DNA of 64,000 nucleotides from the human T2T-CHM13v2.0 reference genome, Homo sapiens. Shown in pieces: positions 1-13,864 of this stretch. The stretch lies in the NCBI RefSeq assembly GCF_009914755.1, contig NC_060939.1. The stretch is one strand, 5' to 3'. Every line of letters starts with the position of its first letter. The first letter of the stretch is position 1. The translations under genes were made by a program, and so were the position numbers. The notes under the pieces were generated by a model. That model was not told the DNA's origin. It did not search any database and saw only the letters and a list, made by a program, of their open reading frames with translations.

Positions 1-611
1 AGTGGCTGGGGCAGAGCCCCTGAGTGGGAGCCTGCTTGGTGGGGCTGAGGAACAGCAGGAGGCCCAGGTGGTTGGGTGGAGGCATGGAAAGGGTGGTAGT
101 GAGGAAGTCAGAGAGGTGGAGTGACAGGAGCAGTTACTCCTGATTCCCCAGTTTGAGTGCCTAGAAGGCGTGGAGTAAGCCCTGGTAGAGCACTCACTCG
201 GGGGCTCCATCCTGAGCCCTGGTGACCTGGATGAGGCCGTGGAAACTGCCTGTCGACTCTCTTAGGGCTATAACCCCATCCTTCTCTTCTGTATCAGCAA
301 ATATCATCCTGGCTACAGGGTGCTTTCCAGGGCCCTCCCTGGGATGACCTCTATAGCCTTTGATTGGCCACTTCCCACCTGCCCTGCACAAGCAGTGGGG
401 GCAGGCATCTCGCAGGTGGCTCCCCTTTGCCCCAGCCCTATTCTGTCCCAGCTTCTGTGCTACCCCATAACCGTCCCCCACAACCATCCTCCCATCCCTT
501 TACTGAGCTTGGACCTGTTTGCGTGAAATTATCAAGAGCTGTGAGAGCAGTTGTGGGCAAACACCTTCCACCTAGCCCGCCCTGGCTAAGCCTCTCCCGC
601 CCTGGGGAAAT

Positions 612-817
612 GTACTGAGTGCTTGCTATGTGCCAGGAACTGTGCCTTTCATATGTCAAGATTTCATTTAATCTACCCCACTTCTCAATGAGGTAATACT
701 ACTAAGTTTTAGCCCAATTTTACAGATGAGGAAATGGCTAAGTAATTTGGCCAAGGTCACACAGCTGGTAAGTGGTGAAGTTTTGGTTGAAACCTAAACC
801 TGTCTTCCCCAGAGTCC
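612..817 (-). mobile_element. MIR SINE
   Basis: MIR core in antisense: 'ttttacagatgaggaaa...ccaaggtcacacagctggtaagtgg'. Confidence 0.8.
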
Positions 818-2351
818 TTCTTATTGAATGTGTGCAGGAAGAGGTTCTGAATGGAGAATGATAACAGGGACAGTTCTATTGCTCTAGGCATCAAGGAGCT
901 GATCTATGCATCCTGCTCACATTGTTCGCCCACCAGGAATGAAGATCCTGGAAACTCTCCCATCATCCTCCACCAGTGACAGCTCTACTATTCCAGCAAC
1001 AAAAACGGCTCTGCTTATCTGGCCTGGAGTTCCCTGATTCCAAAAAGAAAAAATTCTGCATTTGTAGTATTTTCCCTGATGTATAAATATTCTTTTTCCT
1101 GGCCCTAATGCCTAGCCTCCTACATCCAACTTTCATTGAATGCCTGGTGGGTAGCAAGGGCTGGGAACACAAAGCCAGTTACAGCCTGGCCCCTGCCATC
1201 ATGGGGCACCCAGAGCAGAGGACCAAGTGACCTCTCGAGGCAGCTGCCCCATGACCCTGTTTTCCTGATGGAAAAACCACACTGCTGTCTTCCCCCACAA
1301 TTCCCCTCAGATCTGCAGGTTCTCACTGAGCAACTATTACCTGTCAGGTATGGTCTTGGGCCTGCTGAGGACACAGTGAAAAATGAGACCCTTCCAGTCT
1401 TAAGGAGTTAATAGCTGGATTTTGGGGGACAGGAGGCAATGCAGAGCAGGTGCAAGACAAGTACCCCAAACCCTCTGCCGGCAGGCAGACTATAAGGCGT
1501 CTTGTTGCTGAGCTATGTGTTTAAAAACAAAACAAAAAGTAAATAAAGACAATGCCATTTCAACAAGAGGAACCTGAAATGAGAATGGAAAAATATTTTA
1601 AAATTTTCATGACATTCAAACTGAAAATTATTTTGAATTAAACTGGTGTTTTGAAAAAGTTCCACATTTATCTCACGTGGCTTTTTGAGAGCTTTCTAGT
1701 AGATTAGGAAGCTCCTGTGCAACTGGTTAGTTCTGTTTTCACTCAGCCTCCAGATGTAGAACTCATAGGGAAAATCAACCCTGTTTCCAGGAGGAATTAC
1801 CAAAACATAGATTTGAAGGCAACTTTCTTTGGCTCAGAAAGTATCATTTGTTTTCTGTTGTGGTTTCATTTGGGTCTCCTCATTCCTCAGGGAGAGCCAG
1901 GAGAAGGCCCAGTGTCCCCAGAGCTGTGAGCTACTGGGCACTGTTGGGAGATCACTTGGCACTCTGAAGTGCCAAATGTCCTCTCTGCCACCAGGCGTGT
2001 TCCTCATAATCTGCTACAGTGCCTAAAATTCTACCATGAGAGGTTTGCTGATTTATTTGACAATGTTTTCATCACACTACCTCTGGAGGCATCATCTCCA
2101 AGCAGCAAAACTTTTTTTGCAGGGGGATGATGGTAATGCAATGAGCTTTCTGCAAATGAACTCTTGTACCAAAGGCCCTGGCATACGTAATTCAGATGCG
2201 AATTAGGGATCTCCCTCTCCTTGCATTCTAGGTGAGATTCTCTAGACATCTCTCTCTCCCCAACTCTACCTACTTCCACAGGCTGATGAAGCCCCGGGGT
2301 GTGACAATCTTGTGGTCCCCTCAGCTTCTGGCTTCTGCGTCCCATTTTCTT

Positions 2352-2682
2352 TTCTTTCTTTCTTTTCTTTTCTTTCTTTTTTTTTTTTTCGAGATGGAGA
2401 CTCACCCTGTCGCCCCAGCTGGAGTGCAATGGCATGATCTCAGCTCACTGCAACCTTCGCCTCCTCGGTTCAAGAGATTCTCCCATGTTCAAGAGATTCT
2501 CCCACCTCAGTCTCCTGGGATTACAGGCATGCACCACCACACCTGGCTAATATTTTGTAACTTTAGTAGAGATGGGATTTCACCATGTTGGCCAGGCTGG
2601 TCTCGAAATCCTGATCTTGTGATCCACCCGCCTCGGCCTCCCAAAGTGCTGGGATTACAGGCGTGAGCCACTGCGCCCGGCC
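2352..2682 (-). mobile_element. AluS (Sc/Sg-like), full length
   Basis: T-rich tail, both arms, TSD cccattttctt at 2341-2351 and 2683-2693; internal 19-bp duplication. Confidence 0.95.
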
Positions 2683-3399
2683 CCCATTTTCTTATACATC
2701 CCCCTGATGCAGAGCTCAGGCACACTACAGTTTCCATGGGCACACATTGTGGTGAGTGTTTTGTGAGTTTTGTGGAGATCCCTGAAGATTTCAGGGATAT
2801 CTCAGGAGAGTTCATTCTGTTGCCAGGCTCATCCTTTTGTCCTTTGACTTCTCACACCCAGATTCTCTTGGGGCTCCACATTTCTCTCTCTGCACTTGGA
2901 CTACCTAACTTCACCTGGCCCGAGTGAATCCCTCTTCCCCGCCAAGAAACACACTCCCTCGCCAACATCCACTCACTGCCTAAGCCTGGGACCGGTCATC
3001 CTTCTTTCCTTCTCTCTCTCTCTGTGTCTCATGTCCAAATACCAAGTCATATCTACCCTAAATACCTCTATTTCTTCAAGCTGGATACCGAATTTCAACA
3101 TGGGAGTGCTCAAAGAATATCTGCTGCTGGGAGGGTTACAGGGCTGGGGGCTCATTTCCTAGCCGTAGGAGCATAGCTAAACACTGCTTTGAATTTAACT
3201 TTCTGTTTATTGAGGTGACTTTCGGAGGTGCTTTGATCGAGATTATGGGAAGTGGTTAAAGACCCCTAACCTCTCTGCCATCACTGTTCCTTCTCTCAGT
3301 CCCTGCCACCACCATACCCCTAAGGGAGGCAGGGCAACTACACAGCCTCCCACACAGAGTCCCTGCCTTCCTGCTTCTTCTGACCCATTCTCCACACAG

Positions 3400-3950
3400 C
3401 CCCCAGGACTGGCTTTCTGCAAGTTGAATCCAATCCTGCTGTTTCTCAGCTTCAGTGGTCCTTGTGGCCCTTCAGCTAAAAACCCAAATCCATTACACGA
3501 CCTGCAGGGCCCACCAGTCTGGGCCCACCTCTCCAGCATCAGTCCAGCCTCCCTCAGATCAGCCACGCCAACCTGTTTTCAGTGCCATGGGTGCCCCTGT
3601 GGTGTTTGCACAAACTGTTACCTCTGCCTGTAACACTCTACATGCCCTGCTACCTGGTGAAACCCTTTGGATCTCTGCTTACCCGCCCAGCTAGACATCA
3701 CTCCCTCTGGGATATATTCCTGATGCCCTAGGCTACCGCATAGGGTGCTGGCATGGAAAATTTTTGCTGAAGTTAATAATAATAATAGTCCCTAAGTCGA
3801 GGGCTTCCCTCGCTGACTGTATTGCCAGCCCTGCTTTCCAGACAAGCCATTTTGCCCAAAGTTCTATCCCAAGTCTCTGACACAAGCCTGGCAGATCATA
3901 GGTGCCCAGTAATTATGTGCTGAATAAATGAGTGAATGAATGAATGAACA
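3400..3950 (+). mobile_element. L2 fragments including 3' end
   Basis: L2 3' terminus 'cctggcagatcataggtgcccagtaattatgtgctgaataaatgagtgaatgaatgaatgaa'. Confidence 0.6.
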
Positions 3951-4819
3951 GGGTGCCAAAGGGATGTTTCCATGTGAAAACAGATCTCACGATGTTTCAT
4001 CTGGAAAAGAGACAACATGCAGGGGCAGGGAGGCTGTGCATGATCACTACCTGAGGTTGCTATGAGAGATGCTGGAGGATTAGAAATGAGGTGCACAAAG
4101 CCTGGGACCCAGTAAGCTTTCATGGAAGAACACTTCCCCACCCCCGTACCCATCTCCTCATTCCTTCTCCCACTACCCTCCCTGAGTGCATTGAATGAGG
4201 GGCAGGAAACACAGAGGTCAGAGAAGCAGGTTTCTGGCCCTGAAAGAAGTTTTGAACAGACCGTTCTGGAAATGAAACTGGATCCTTGTGATGGTGACAT
4301 CCCTGCCCTGCATCATATGATGTTGAAACAGGGGTGCCATGTGCCAGAAGAGGTGGGCAAGGGAAAAGACCAGATGGCCCTTAGGTTTCCTTCTCTCTCC
4401 AAGAAGATGATTCAATTATGTCATCTTTTCATAAAAATCTTCTTTTGTTGCCTTGATTTAAAATAGGTGTAGGGATGCTGCAAATTTAAATGTGAGAGAA
4501 ATCTCAGGAAAATTATGTTACTAGGAAACCAAAAAGGTTTGGCATTCTTTCAAGAGGAATTTCTATTCTGTCACCATGTATTGTTCCTGAGGTCCTGCCA
4601 AACCGAATTCTTTATATGCGGCAAAGTCTTCTTTGGGCTGGATTCCCTCCAAAAATGGCCAAGGCTCACATCTCTGAGCGCCAAAAGCTACTTGTTGGTT
4701 ATGGCCTTTCTTGCCCTTTTAGGAATTAAAGCCTAAGGCAGGGTTTTAAAGTAAGCTTCTTATTCCAAGCAAGAGTGTGGATTTATTCTGGACATTTGGG
4801 CTCTGTCAATAAAACATAT

Positions 4820-5033
4820 AAAATTTCTCCACATTGGCACTATGGCATTTTGGGGCAGGTGGTTCTTTGTTGTTGGGAGCTGCCCTTTGCATTGTATGAT
4901 GCTGTGGCAGCATGTTTGGCCTCTACCAACTAGATACCAGTAGTACCTCCCCACTTGTGACAACCCAAAATGTCTCCATATATTGCCAAATGTCTCCTGG
5001 GGAAGCAAAATCAACCCTGATTGGGAGCCACTG
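4820..5033. mobile_element. MER20 (hAT-Charlie MITE)
   Basis: 'ttgtgacaacccaaaatgtctccatatattgccaaatgtctcctgggg...gagccactg', about 215 bp. Confidence 0.8.
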
Positions 5034-5159
5034 ATCTAAATAAAAAGAATGGAAGTAAGTTGTGTAGATGTTCAGTTAGTCTAGGTAACTAACCAAATCG
5101 CACCTGGAACCCAGCTTTTCTGACCTCATAACTTGGGCCTAGGAGGTAGGACCTTGATG

Positions 5160-5380
5160 TGATTAAGATCAAGGACCCAAAGTCAAATGACCTGCATGCA
5201 TATCCTGGGCTTACTATCTCAAATTCTCAATCTTTGTGAGCTTTAGCTTCTTCATCTGTGAGATGGGCCGATAATTGTACTTATCCTACTGGGTGGTCAA
5301 GAGAATTAAATGAGATACTGTTTGCAAAGACTTATCATACCACCTTAGTAAGGCTACAAGTCTTGTGACCTATTATTGTT
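5160..5380 (+). mobile_element. MIR SINE
   Basis: 'cttcttcatctgtgagatggg...gagaattaaatgagata'. Confidence 0.65.
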
Positions 5381-5654
5381 TGTGACAAAAACTCTGTAGG
5401 CCAAAAAAGATAATCTATTCTTTGACAAATAACTTAAATACCTGCATGCATTCCATATTGGACAGCATAGGCTAACTGCTATAACAAACAACCCTGATGT
5501 TTAAGCGGCTGAACACAATAAAAGTTTATTTTTCACCCACCCACTAGTCCATCACAGGTGTTTCTCATAGGGCTGCTCTCTGGGAGGCTCAGTCCCAAAA
5601 AGTGAGTCAGGAGTCCAGGCTCTTTCCATCTTGTGGCCCTGTCTCCTTTAGGAT

Positions 5655-5830
5655 CTTTCCTAAAGCATGAATGTTCTGTGCAAATTGAAAGAATTCTGAA
5701 GTCAAATAAATTTGAGAAATAATACGCTAATGAACTCTTTCTTGGAAATTCAAAGTGCCATTAGCATATGAAGGACTCTGATAAGTTCTGCAGTAAAGAA
5801 ACCTGTTGGGCTTTGTTTAACCCAGTGTTT
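5655..5830. mobile_element. hAT-Charlie DNA transposon fragment (Charlie4-like)
   Basis: 'cattagcatatgaaggactctgataagttctgcagtaaagaaacctgtt...aacccagtgttt'. Confidence 0.5.
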
Positions 5831-5850
5831 ATTAAAAAGTTAAACTTCTG

Positions 5851-6141
5851 GGCCAAATGCAGTGGCTCACACCTGTAATCTCAGCACTTTGGGAGGTCAA
5901 GGCGGGTGGATAATTTGAGGTCAGGAGTTCAAGACTAATTTGCCCAACATTGTGAGACCCTGTCTCTACTAAGAATACAAAAATTAGCTGGACATGGTGG
6001 CGTGCACCTGTAATCCCAGCTACTCGGGAGGTTGAGATAGGACAATCGCTTGAACCTGGGAGGTGGAGGTTGCGGTAAACCGAGATCGCGCCACCGCTCC
6101 CTCCAGCCTGGGCAACAGAGTGAGACACCATCTCAAAAAAA
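5851..6141 (+). mobile_element. AluS (Sx/Sz-like), full length
   Basis: Both arms, poly(A), 17-bp TSD aaaaagttaaacttctg at 5834-5850 and 6142-6158. Confidence 0.95.
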
Positions 6142-8227
6142 AAAAAGTTAAACTTCTGTGGGTATTGACTTCCCCTGCTATTTAAAAATGCTGTCCTATC
6201 GGCTATTAACATCTCCATGGGACAAGCACCCTGTGGGAAATCTGCATGTTGGTTTTGAGCAGAGGAATGACATGGTCAGACCTGTGTTTCAGGAAGGGAA
6301 TTTCAGAGACAAATATAAAGTAGCTTGTAAAGACAAGTAATTGGACCCAGAAGGTGGCCTCTGTCACAATCTAAGCAAGTGATGGCCTGGCTGGTTCAGT
6401 ACCCTTTGCACCCTGCTTTTTAAATCTTATTCTGCACACTTTTTCATATCTATTCATATGATTAGACATCATCATTTTAATGGCTTCATGGCATTCCATT
6501 TTATGGGTATATTATAAAGAGACTAATACAGAATTATGTTCCTTACAATACATGATTTTTAAAGTTTTAAAAGCTAACTGGGGTTACATGCCCTCAGGAC
6601 AAGACACATAAACACATTTTGTAGACAGAAAAAAAAAAAAGAAAAGAAAGCAGCTCCATGTTCTGGTGTCATCTTGGAAAATAACTCCATTGTTCAGTTG
6701 TTTCTACTATGGTTCCTTTAGGAGCTGTTTGTTCTCCTTTTTATATCTAAACATACTTTCTGCAGAATCATTCTCTGAAAAAACACCCTGTGTAATTTAC
6801 TTTCAAATAAAAATACGCTTCCTCCTGATATGAGACATTCAGAAGAACCCAATGGCATTACTATGTGATGCTAAAAGGGCATAATCGGAATCTAATGATG
6901 ATGAAACATCAGAGAAAGCCAAATCTGGGATATTCTACAAAATAACTAGTTATTCTTGCAACTTTTCTATAAGTCTGAAATTATGCCTAAGATAAAATAA
7001 ATTTTAACGAGAATACAAACATAAACTCTTTCATTTTTATTCCTCTCAGAAGACCTAGACATGCAGCTTGAAGTGTTTGGATGTGGTTGACTGGTGACTC
7101 ATTAACCTTGAGAAAAATCACAGAAATTTAGCTTTCCTTGTCAGTATTGCCAATAATTCACCATCTTTGGTGTCAGCCCTGATGACACACAATCTTTCAG
7201 CTCACCATTCTCTCATGCTTGCCCTCCTCTCACTGAACCTGTCCATCCAGCCATTGGCTCCCAATCATAAAAACACTGCATCATGCCCATATCTACCTGA
7301 CTATGGTTTTGCATGTACCTGTCTAGGATTCTCTCTGTGTTGATCATAACAGTCAGGATTTTGGAGAATACTCAACATCTCTGGGTCAGATCAATAATTG
7401 TAGACATTTTCTTAAGACCCTATTTTTTCCTCATACCCCATCTTACAGTGATGAGATAAAATATATTTAGACTTGAATATTCCCTTCTCTCCTTTTGATT
7501 AGGAGAATGTTGTCTTTATACCTCAACTCTTGCTCCCTATATCTCATCCCTTCCCCGACTCCCCAACCCCAGTTAGGAGTGCTTTCATTTGTCTGAAGGG
7601 TTCCAGGACTTTTGCGACACAGAAAGGTTGGAACAGAGAGGTTAGAGTGGAAGGGGAACAGCTTAGCCCAAAAATTGAAGTTGATTTTTATAATAAAGTG
7701 CAGGAAGAGAGGAGAAAACGAAAGAAGTGAAGGAGGCGATTAGGCATATAGCAAATAAAAGATTATGGAGTAGTGTGTTTGGAGGAGGAGGGGGAAAAAC
7801 AGGGATTGAAGAAGAATTGCTGGGAGCTATGCATTGGAGAGATGGAAGTAAAAGACAGGAATTTTTCTTCTTTTTGGTTGATTTTCACTGTTTGGATTGT
7901 GTTTTTTATTGTTACTCCATATAAAGCCTGGACACATGGATCTGGGATTTATAATGGTTATGTTATTCCCAATCTTTCAGTAGCTTCCTATTGCCTATAA
8001 AATAACTTGCAAGCTCTTTAATCTTGTCATTCAAACCCTGTACTCCATGTCCAATCTGGCTCTTTGCAACCTTCCATTTCTTGTAGGAACCCTTTCCTCC
8101 AACGAAATTGGCTGACTTCCCATGCTCCCAATATGCCATGTGGTGTGCTCACTCTGTGCCTCTGCTCACCTTCCCCCCATTTGCAGTCTGGCTTAGAAGT
8201 CTTTCTTCTCCTTAAAAACTCCCTTCC

Positions 8228-8796
8228 TAGAACTAGAAATACCATTTGACCCAGCCATCCCATTACTGGGTATATACCCAAATGACTATAAATCATGCTG
8301 CTATAAAGACACATGCACACGTATGTTTATTGTGGCATTATTCACAATAGCAAAGACTTGGAACCAACCCAAATGTCCAACAATGATAGACTGGATTAAG
8401 AAAATGTGGCACATATACACCATGGAATACTATGCAGCCATAAAAAATGATGAGTTCACGTCCTTTGTAGGGACATGGATGAAATTGGAAATCATCATTC
8501 TCAGTAAACTATCGCAAGAACAAAAAACCAAACACCGCATATTCTCACTCATAGGTGGGAATTGAACAATGAGATCACATGGACACAGGAAGGGGAATAT
8601 CACACTCTGGGGACTGTGGTGGGGTGGGGGGAGGGGGGAGGGATAGCATTGGGAGATATACCTAATGCTAGATGACGAGTTAGTGGGTGCAGCGCACCAG
8701 CACGGCACATGTATACATATGTAACTAACCTGCACAATGTGCACATGTACCCTAAAACTTAAAGTACAATTAAAAAAACAAAAAACAAAACAAAAA
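8228..8796 (+). mobile_element. 5'-truncated young L1 (L1PA2-like): ORF2 C-terminus and 3'UTR
   Basis: ORF 8323-8565 is the ORF2p C-terminus; 3'UTR 'gctagatgacgagttagtggg' has GAG rather than ACA/ACG; TSD aaaaactcccttcc at 8214-8227 and 8797-8810 at a TT/AAAA site. Confidence 0.95.
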
Positions 8797-10120
8797 AAAA
8801 ACTCCCTTCCCTGGAAGCCTAGGCCTTTCCAGTGTCTCATTCCTTTGTACTTCTATAGCACTTCTTGTACATCTCGCCCTGTAGTTCTCATTCCACCATC
8901 TCTTCTCATTAGTCACCTTTTCTTTGTGTGTGACTGGCCTCCCACTGGCTTGATAAGCTCCCTGAGGGCAGAAATGCCTCCCCTGTAGTGTCTAGCTCAG
9001 TGGCTGTGGCTGGTAGGCTGCAAACCCTTCTGTGATCTTAGTGGCTATGCCGTCTGACTAAACCACTTCCCACACCCTGAGTCTGGTAGCCAGAGGCTTT
9101 CTTAGCTCTATTCTCCCTGTTGAGTGAGCCAAGCACTACCTACATGGCAGCCCCTTCCAGACCTTTGATTTAGTTTAGGAAATTCTAGCAGATATTTGTA
9201 AGCAAATTCTGCTCCTCTCCCACATAGTTGTGCCATTGGCCGAGAATTTCACTCATTTTATTTGCAGATTCCACCTTTAAGAAGGTTAATATCATCTCTT
9301 CCCATGTATTAGATATGCTGGACCCAGACCACAGGGCTTCAAACACATGATCTGTACTCTAAGGCATTGTGTGCTTGAGATCTGCTTCTATTCATGACAT
9401 CTTCGGTCCTTATTTATAAATATTCTTCTTTATTAAGGCATTTGAGGTCTATTAAGTACTCCCTATATTTAAAGATAATATTTTATAGCAACTTTTAAAA
9501 AAATCAATGTGTCAATATGTTGCTGTGTTATAAATTCCTCCTTTACCTCCTGGAGTCACAGCTATTCCTCGATGTCTTATTCTCCATCTTTGGGCTACTT
9601 AGCTTTAAGATTTTTCTGGACTACTTATTTTCCTGCACCAGAAGCTTCAAATGGTTTCCAAGTCAACAAAGGAAAAGTCTTAACTTTGCTTATCTCTCTC
9701 CATATCATCCCTCCCTGTTACTCCTGCCTGCCCTTCTCTTTATAATAGGAAAGAAGACAAAGTTTGTTTTTTTTTTTTTCCAGAATATATCTGTGCTGAG
9801 AGCAGAACAGACTCATCCAGCTAGGATCTTTCCAATCCTGGGATATTTTCTCAGTGAATTTAGTTCCCTCCCTCCCTTCCTAACTTTTCGAGAAGCAGCC
9901 CTTCAGTTAACATGGATCCATCACCTCTATCGGCTTTGTGACCAAAACCCTCTGAGCTGCCCTCTCCTCATTGGTAAGACAGGGACACGACCTTCTTCCC
10001 TGGGTAGCTCTAAAGATTAAATGAGATATGACATAATCTAATAATCTAAACTATATAATCAAATGCCTAGTATGGTGCTTGACATAAGGAAGGAGTTGAA
10101 GAGATGTGAGGTCTTTTCTC

Positions 10121-10609
10121 TGTAGGGAAGAAGAAATTTCTTTCCTCATCCATCAATAGGTTCATGCCTGAGACCTTTATAACAAAAGGCAGATTAACAA
10201 AAGAAAAGCATACACATTTATTTAATATGAGTTTCATGTGACACTGGAGCCTTCAGAAATAAAGACTCAAAGAAACAGAGGAAACTATATTTTTATGGAC
10301 AGTCATGCAGAAGTATGATTGGAGGACAGAAGGGTGTGATTTACTGGTAATAAACTGGGGGGAACTTACCATGGCCTGTTTGTTCAGATGCTTCTCTGTG
10401 TCTCTGTGTGACATTTCTTTCCTCCAGGTATAAGGAGGATGTCTCTGGAATGAGGCTTTTATGACCTACTTTTAGAAGATTAGAGAATTCTTTCATGGCC
10501 TGGATCAGGAGAGGAGGGTGGGAGAAGGCCAGGGAGACCTTCCTGCCACTGCTGTTTTCTCAAATGCCAAGGTGCCATATCTTGGGGTAGTATGTCCTGA
10601 CCCCCATCA
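10121..10609 (-). mobile_element. ERV1 solo LTR (MER39/MER34-like)
   Basis: Minus strand starts TGATGGGGGTCAGGACATACTACCCCAAGATATGGCACCTTGGC and ends CCTACA; 4-bp flanks tctc/tccc. Confidence 0.8.
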
Positions 10610-10642
10610 TCCCCCTCGTTCTACCTAAACAATACCTTAGAA

Positions 10643-10823
10643 CAGTGGCCCTCAAACTAGGGTTACAAGAAACAAATGGGGTCCTTGAACAAAATCAGAT
10701 TCCAGGGTCCCATACCTAGAGAGTCTGACTTAGTGGATCTGAATGAGGCCAAGGAATCTGGCTTGTTCGTCAGGCCATGATTCTAATACAGGTGGTTAGT
10801 AGATCACGCTGTGAGAGACCCTG
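10643..10823. mobile_element. MER5A/B MITE
   Basis: cagtggccctcaaact...gtgagagaccctg termini, about 180 bp. Confidence 0.65.
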
Positions 10824-12548
10824 CTTTAGAATCATAAAAGTATACAAAGATAGAGCTGGAAGAGACTCTAAAATATTTCATCCTACACCTACTCCCCATT
10901 CTGCTGGAGACAGACTGAGGTTAGGTGACTCACCCAAGGTCACAGAGGGAGGCAGTGCAGGGCTAAAACAGGAACTCATGTTCCCTGACTCACAGGGTGA
11001 CTTGGACTACACCAGGCGATCACCTCTTCTTTATCAGGAAACAATGCCTCTCCTGGCTCAAGCTGAGGTTGCCCTGAGCAACTCCTTGGCAGTGGCTTAA
11101 GCTCTCAGCCTTCTTAGTCAAAAGTCCTTCTAGAAACTGTTTTCTGTAAGGATTACTCCTGTATAGCAGCCTACACATCCTTTCCATAGCCTTGTTGAGT
11201 GTGTCTTCAGATTAGGAAAAAATTTCTTCAATTATTTCTTTGATTACAGTGGATACTTTTCTGCTCTTTAATATTTTCTTCCAGCATCCTTATTAATTGA
11301 AGATTGAAATAATTTTTACTGGCAAAACATTTCTTTGTTCAATTTTGATTGTTTTATTATAAAACACAAATATGGAAAATGTAAAACAAAAGAAATGATA
11401 GCTTAGAGGATTGTTATAAGGCAAACATCATTCTAACCTCCTCCCAAGTGAAAAAACAGAATTCTGCCAGCTACCCTAGAAGCCCTTTCATGGGCCCTGT
11501 TCCAATGATGACCTCCTCCATCCCTCCAAAAGTAACCATGATCTTGACTTTTATGGTAACCACTTCCTTGCATATCTTTACAGTTTTATCACTCCAATTG
11601 TGCATCCCTAGACACTCAAGTTTAATTTTGCTCCTTAAAGAAATCTGATATGTCTTTTAAATCTCTTTCAAACTGCAGATTCCCCTCCATCTCTTTCTTC
11701 TTCTGACAGTTTATCTTTTGAAAAACCTGTTCCATTTGACATATGGAGATTTTGATAGTCATGGTTTTGCAAATTGCATTCTTGCGGTGAAATTCAATGT
11801 TTCTCCATCCTGTATATTTCCTACAAATTGGCAGCTGTATCCAGAGGTTTGATTGAACCTATATTTGATCCCTTTAACTGGATTGTTAGTGGTGTGTGTT
11901 TTTTCATTAGGAGGCTCATAATGTCTGTTTTTCACTTTTTTATCTTATATTAGCAGCCATTGGTGTTTGATGTCTAGATCCAGTAATTCACTGGAGGGTT
12001 GTAAGATGGTGATATACTTTTATGTCTTTTTCACTTATTTACTGGAATAATTTTATACAAAAAGACCCCCTCCTCCATCTACTATTAAGATACCTAGCAG
12101 TATAGTTTATATAAGAAAGGCAAAACAAATTCTTTAGTCTTTTATGTACCCAGTTTTCAAAATGACCAGCAGGCTCTCTGTCATCCTCTGAAGATGAGTA
12201 TTATTTTTTCTTAATGTAATTAATTATGAACCATATTTGATTGGTTTCAGTCCATTGTAATGTTTATCCTTATTGAAACTCAAAATGCCCATATTTGGCC
12301 AAAGATGATTCCTCAGTCCTTTGACATGAACCTCATAGACTTTGATAGCTTCCTTGCTGTCTGGCATGACAAGGTGTCTGGCATGACAAGGCCTTGTAAG
12401 GCTTATTGCGTGTATTTTCTGCCCCAGAACAAAAACAGACCATTTCTCCAAGAAATTGGAGGTGATACTTCAAGTCCTCAATTCTGGGGGCTATATTGGC
12501 CATTGGGTCATTATTTATGTCTTTACAGTAGGCAGAGGTAGAAAAATG

Positions 12549-12581
12549 CACACACACACACACACCCACACACACACACAC
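12549..12581 (+). repeat. (CA)n microsatellite
   Basis: Direct reading. Confidence 0.95.
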
Positions 12582-13093
12582 TTATTTAAAGATAAAACAG
12601 CTTGTGATTTCATTTGATGTTCCAAATTCAAAACAAATTAAAGAAAAATTTAAACACATTTTTGTTTTAGGATAATTTTAGATTTATAAAAAAGTTGCAA
12701 ATGTACTCTGTATGCTTATGGAATAAAATGTTGAAATGTTTGATAATAATCAGGTTTTCTTTTCCTTATAAGTCATTTGCTCTTTTGCCTAGATGCCAAA
12801 GCATTGTTTTCCTTTTTTAAAAATTAGAGTCCAGTCATTTTACTATGGTATTCTGTTCCTTTGCTTTAGTTTTTATCTTTAGGCACTTCTATTATCAATT
12901 TGTTGGATCTTCTTTGATATCTTCAATATTTGTTTTTTTCCTGTCAAATTCTTTTTGTCTGTTTTTTTAAATTTAATAATTATTTTTTTCTTTTCTCCAT
13001 CTATTTTTCTTGAGGAATTATTTATTGTGTCTGTTTGCTCTGGTGGTACTTGAATATATAAAAATATATTTATATAGATATGAAACCTTTCAC

Positions 13094-13532
13094 TTTTATT
13101 TATTTATTTTAAATTTTATTTCATTTTATTTTAAGTTCTGGGATACATGTGCAGGACGTGCAGGTTGTTACATAGGTAAATGTGTGCCATGGTGGTTTGC
13201 TTCACTTATCAATCTGTCACCTAGGTATTAAGCCTAGCATGCATTAGCTATTTATCCTGATGTTCTTCCTCCTCCTGCCCCCCTGACAGGCCCCAGTGTG
13301 TGTTGTTCCCCTCCCCGTGTCCATGTGTTCTCATTGTTCAGCTCCCACTTATAAGTGAGAACATGTGGTATGTGGTTTTCTGTTCCTGTGTTAGTTTGCT
13401 GAAGATAATGGCTTCCAGCCCCATCCACGTCCCTCCGAAGCACATGAACTCATTTCTTTTTATGACTGCATAGTATTCCATGGTGCATATGTACCACATT
13501 TTCTTCATCCAGTCTATCATTGATGGGCATTT
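13094..13532 (-). mobile_element. 5'-truncated L1PA (PA8-PA11-like) 3' end
   Basis: Antisense 3'UTR 'ggatacatgtgcaggacgtgcagg...'; ORF 13338-13571 includes the ORF2p C-terminus. Confidence 0.9.
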
Positions 13533-13707
13533 TACATATAAAATATATTTTATATTACATAACTTATGCAATATAATTATATAAATAAATACAATTACAT
13601 ATTTTACATATAAAATATATTATATATACAAATATTTAACCATAAATATATACTGTATAAATATGAAATGTTTTTCTTATTTTAAAAATTCTTTTACATC
13701 TGTCACT

Positions 13708-13864
13708 TCTTTCTTTTTTTAGAGCCAGGGTCTCACTCTCTCCCCAAGCTGGAGTTCAGTGGCACAATCATAGCTCACTACAGCTCAAACTCCTGGGCTC
13801 AAGCAATCATCCTGCCTTGGCCTCCTAAAGTGCTGGGATTACAGGTGTGAGCCTGCACTTGGCC
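13708..13864 (-). mobile_element. Alu monomer (FRAM/FAM/AluJ-like)
   Basis: Single arm with T tail, 'atcatagctcactacagctcaaactcctgggctcaagc'. Confidence 0.85.

Noticed and set aside
6340-6650. Possible processed pseudogene ending in an A-rich tract
   Set aside because: Upstream sequence looks like L2/L1M remnants; no ORF, canonical poly(A) signal or convincing TSD.
9517-10020. 167-aa Leu/Phe-rich ORF
   Set aside because: T-rich composition running into MIR-like sequence; no recognisable domain.
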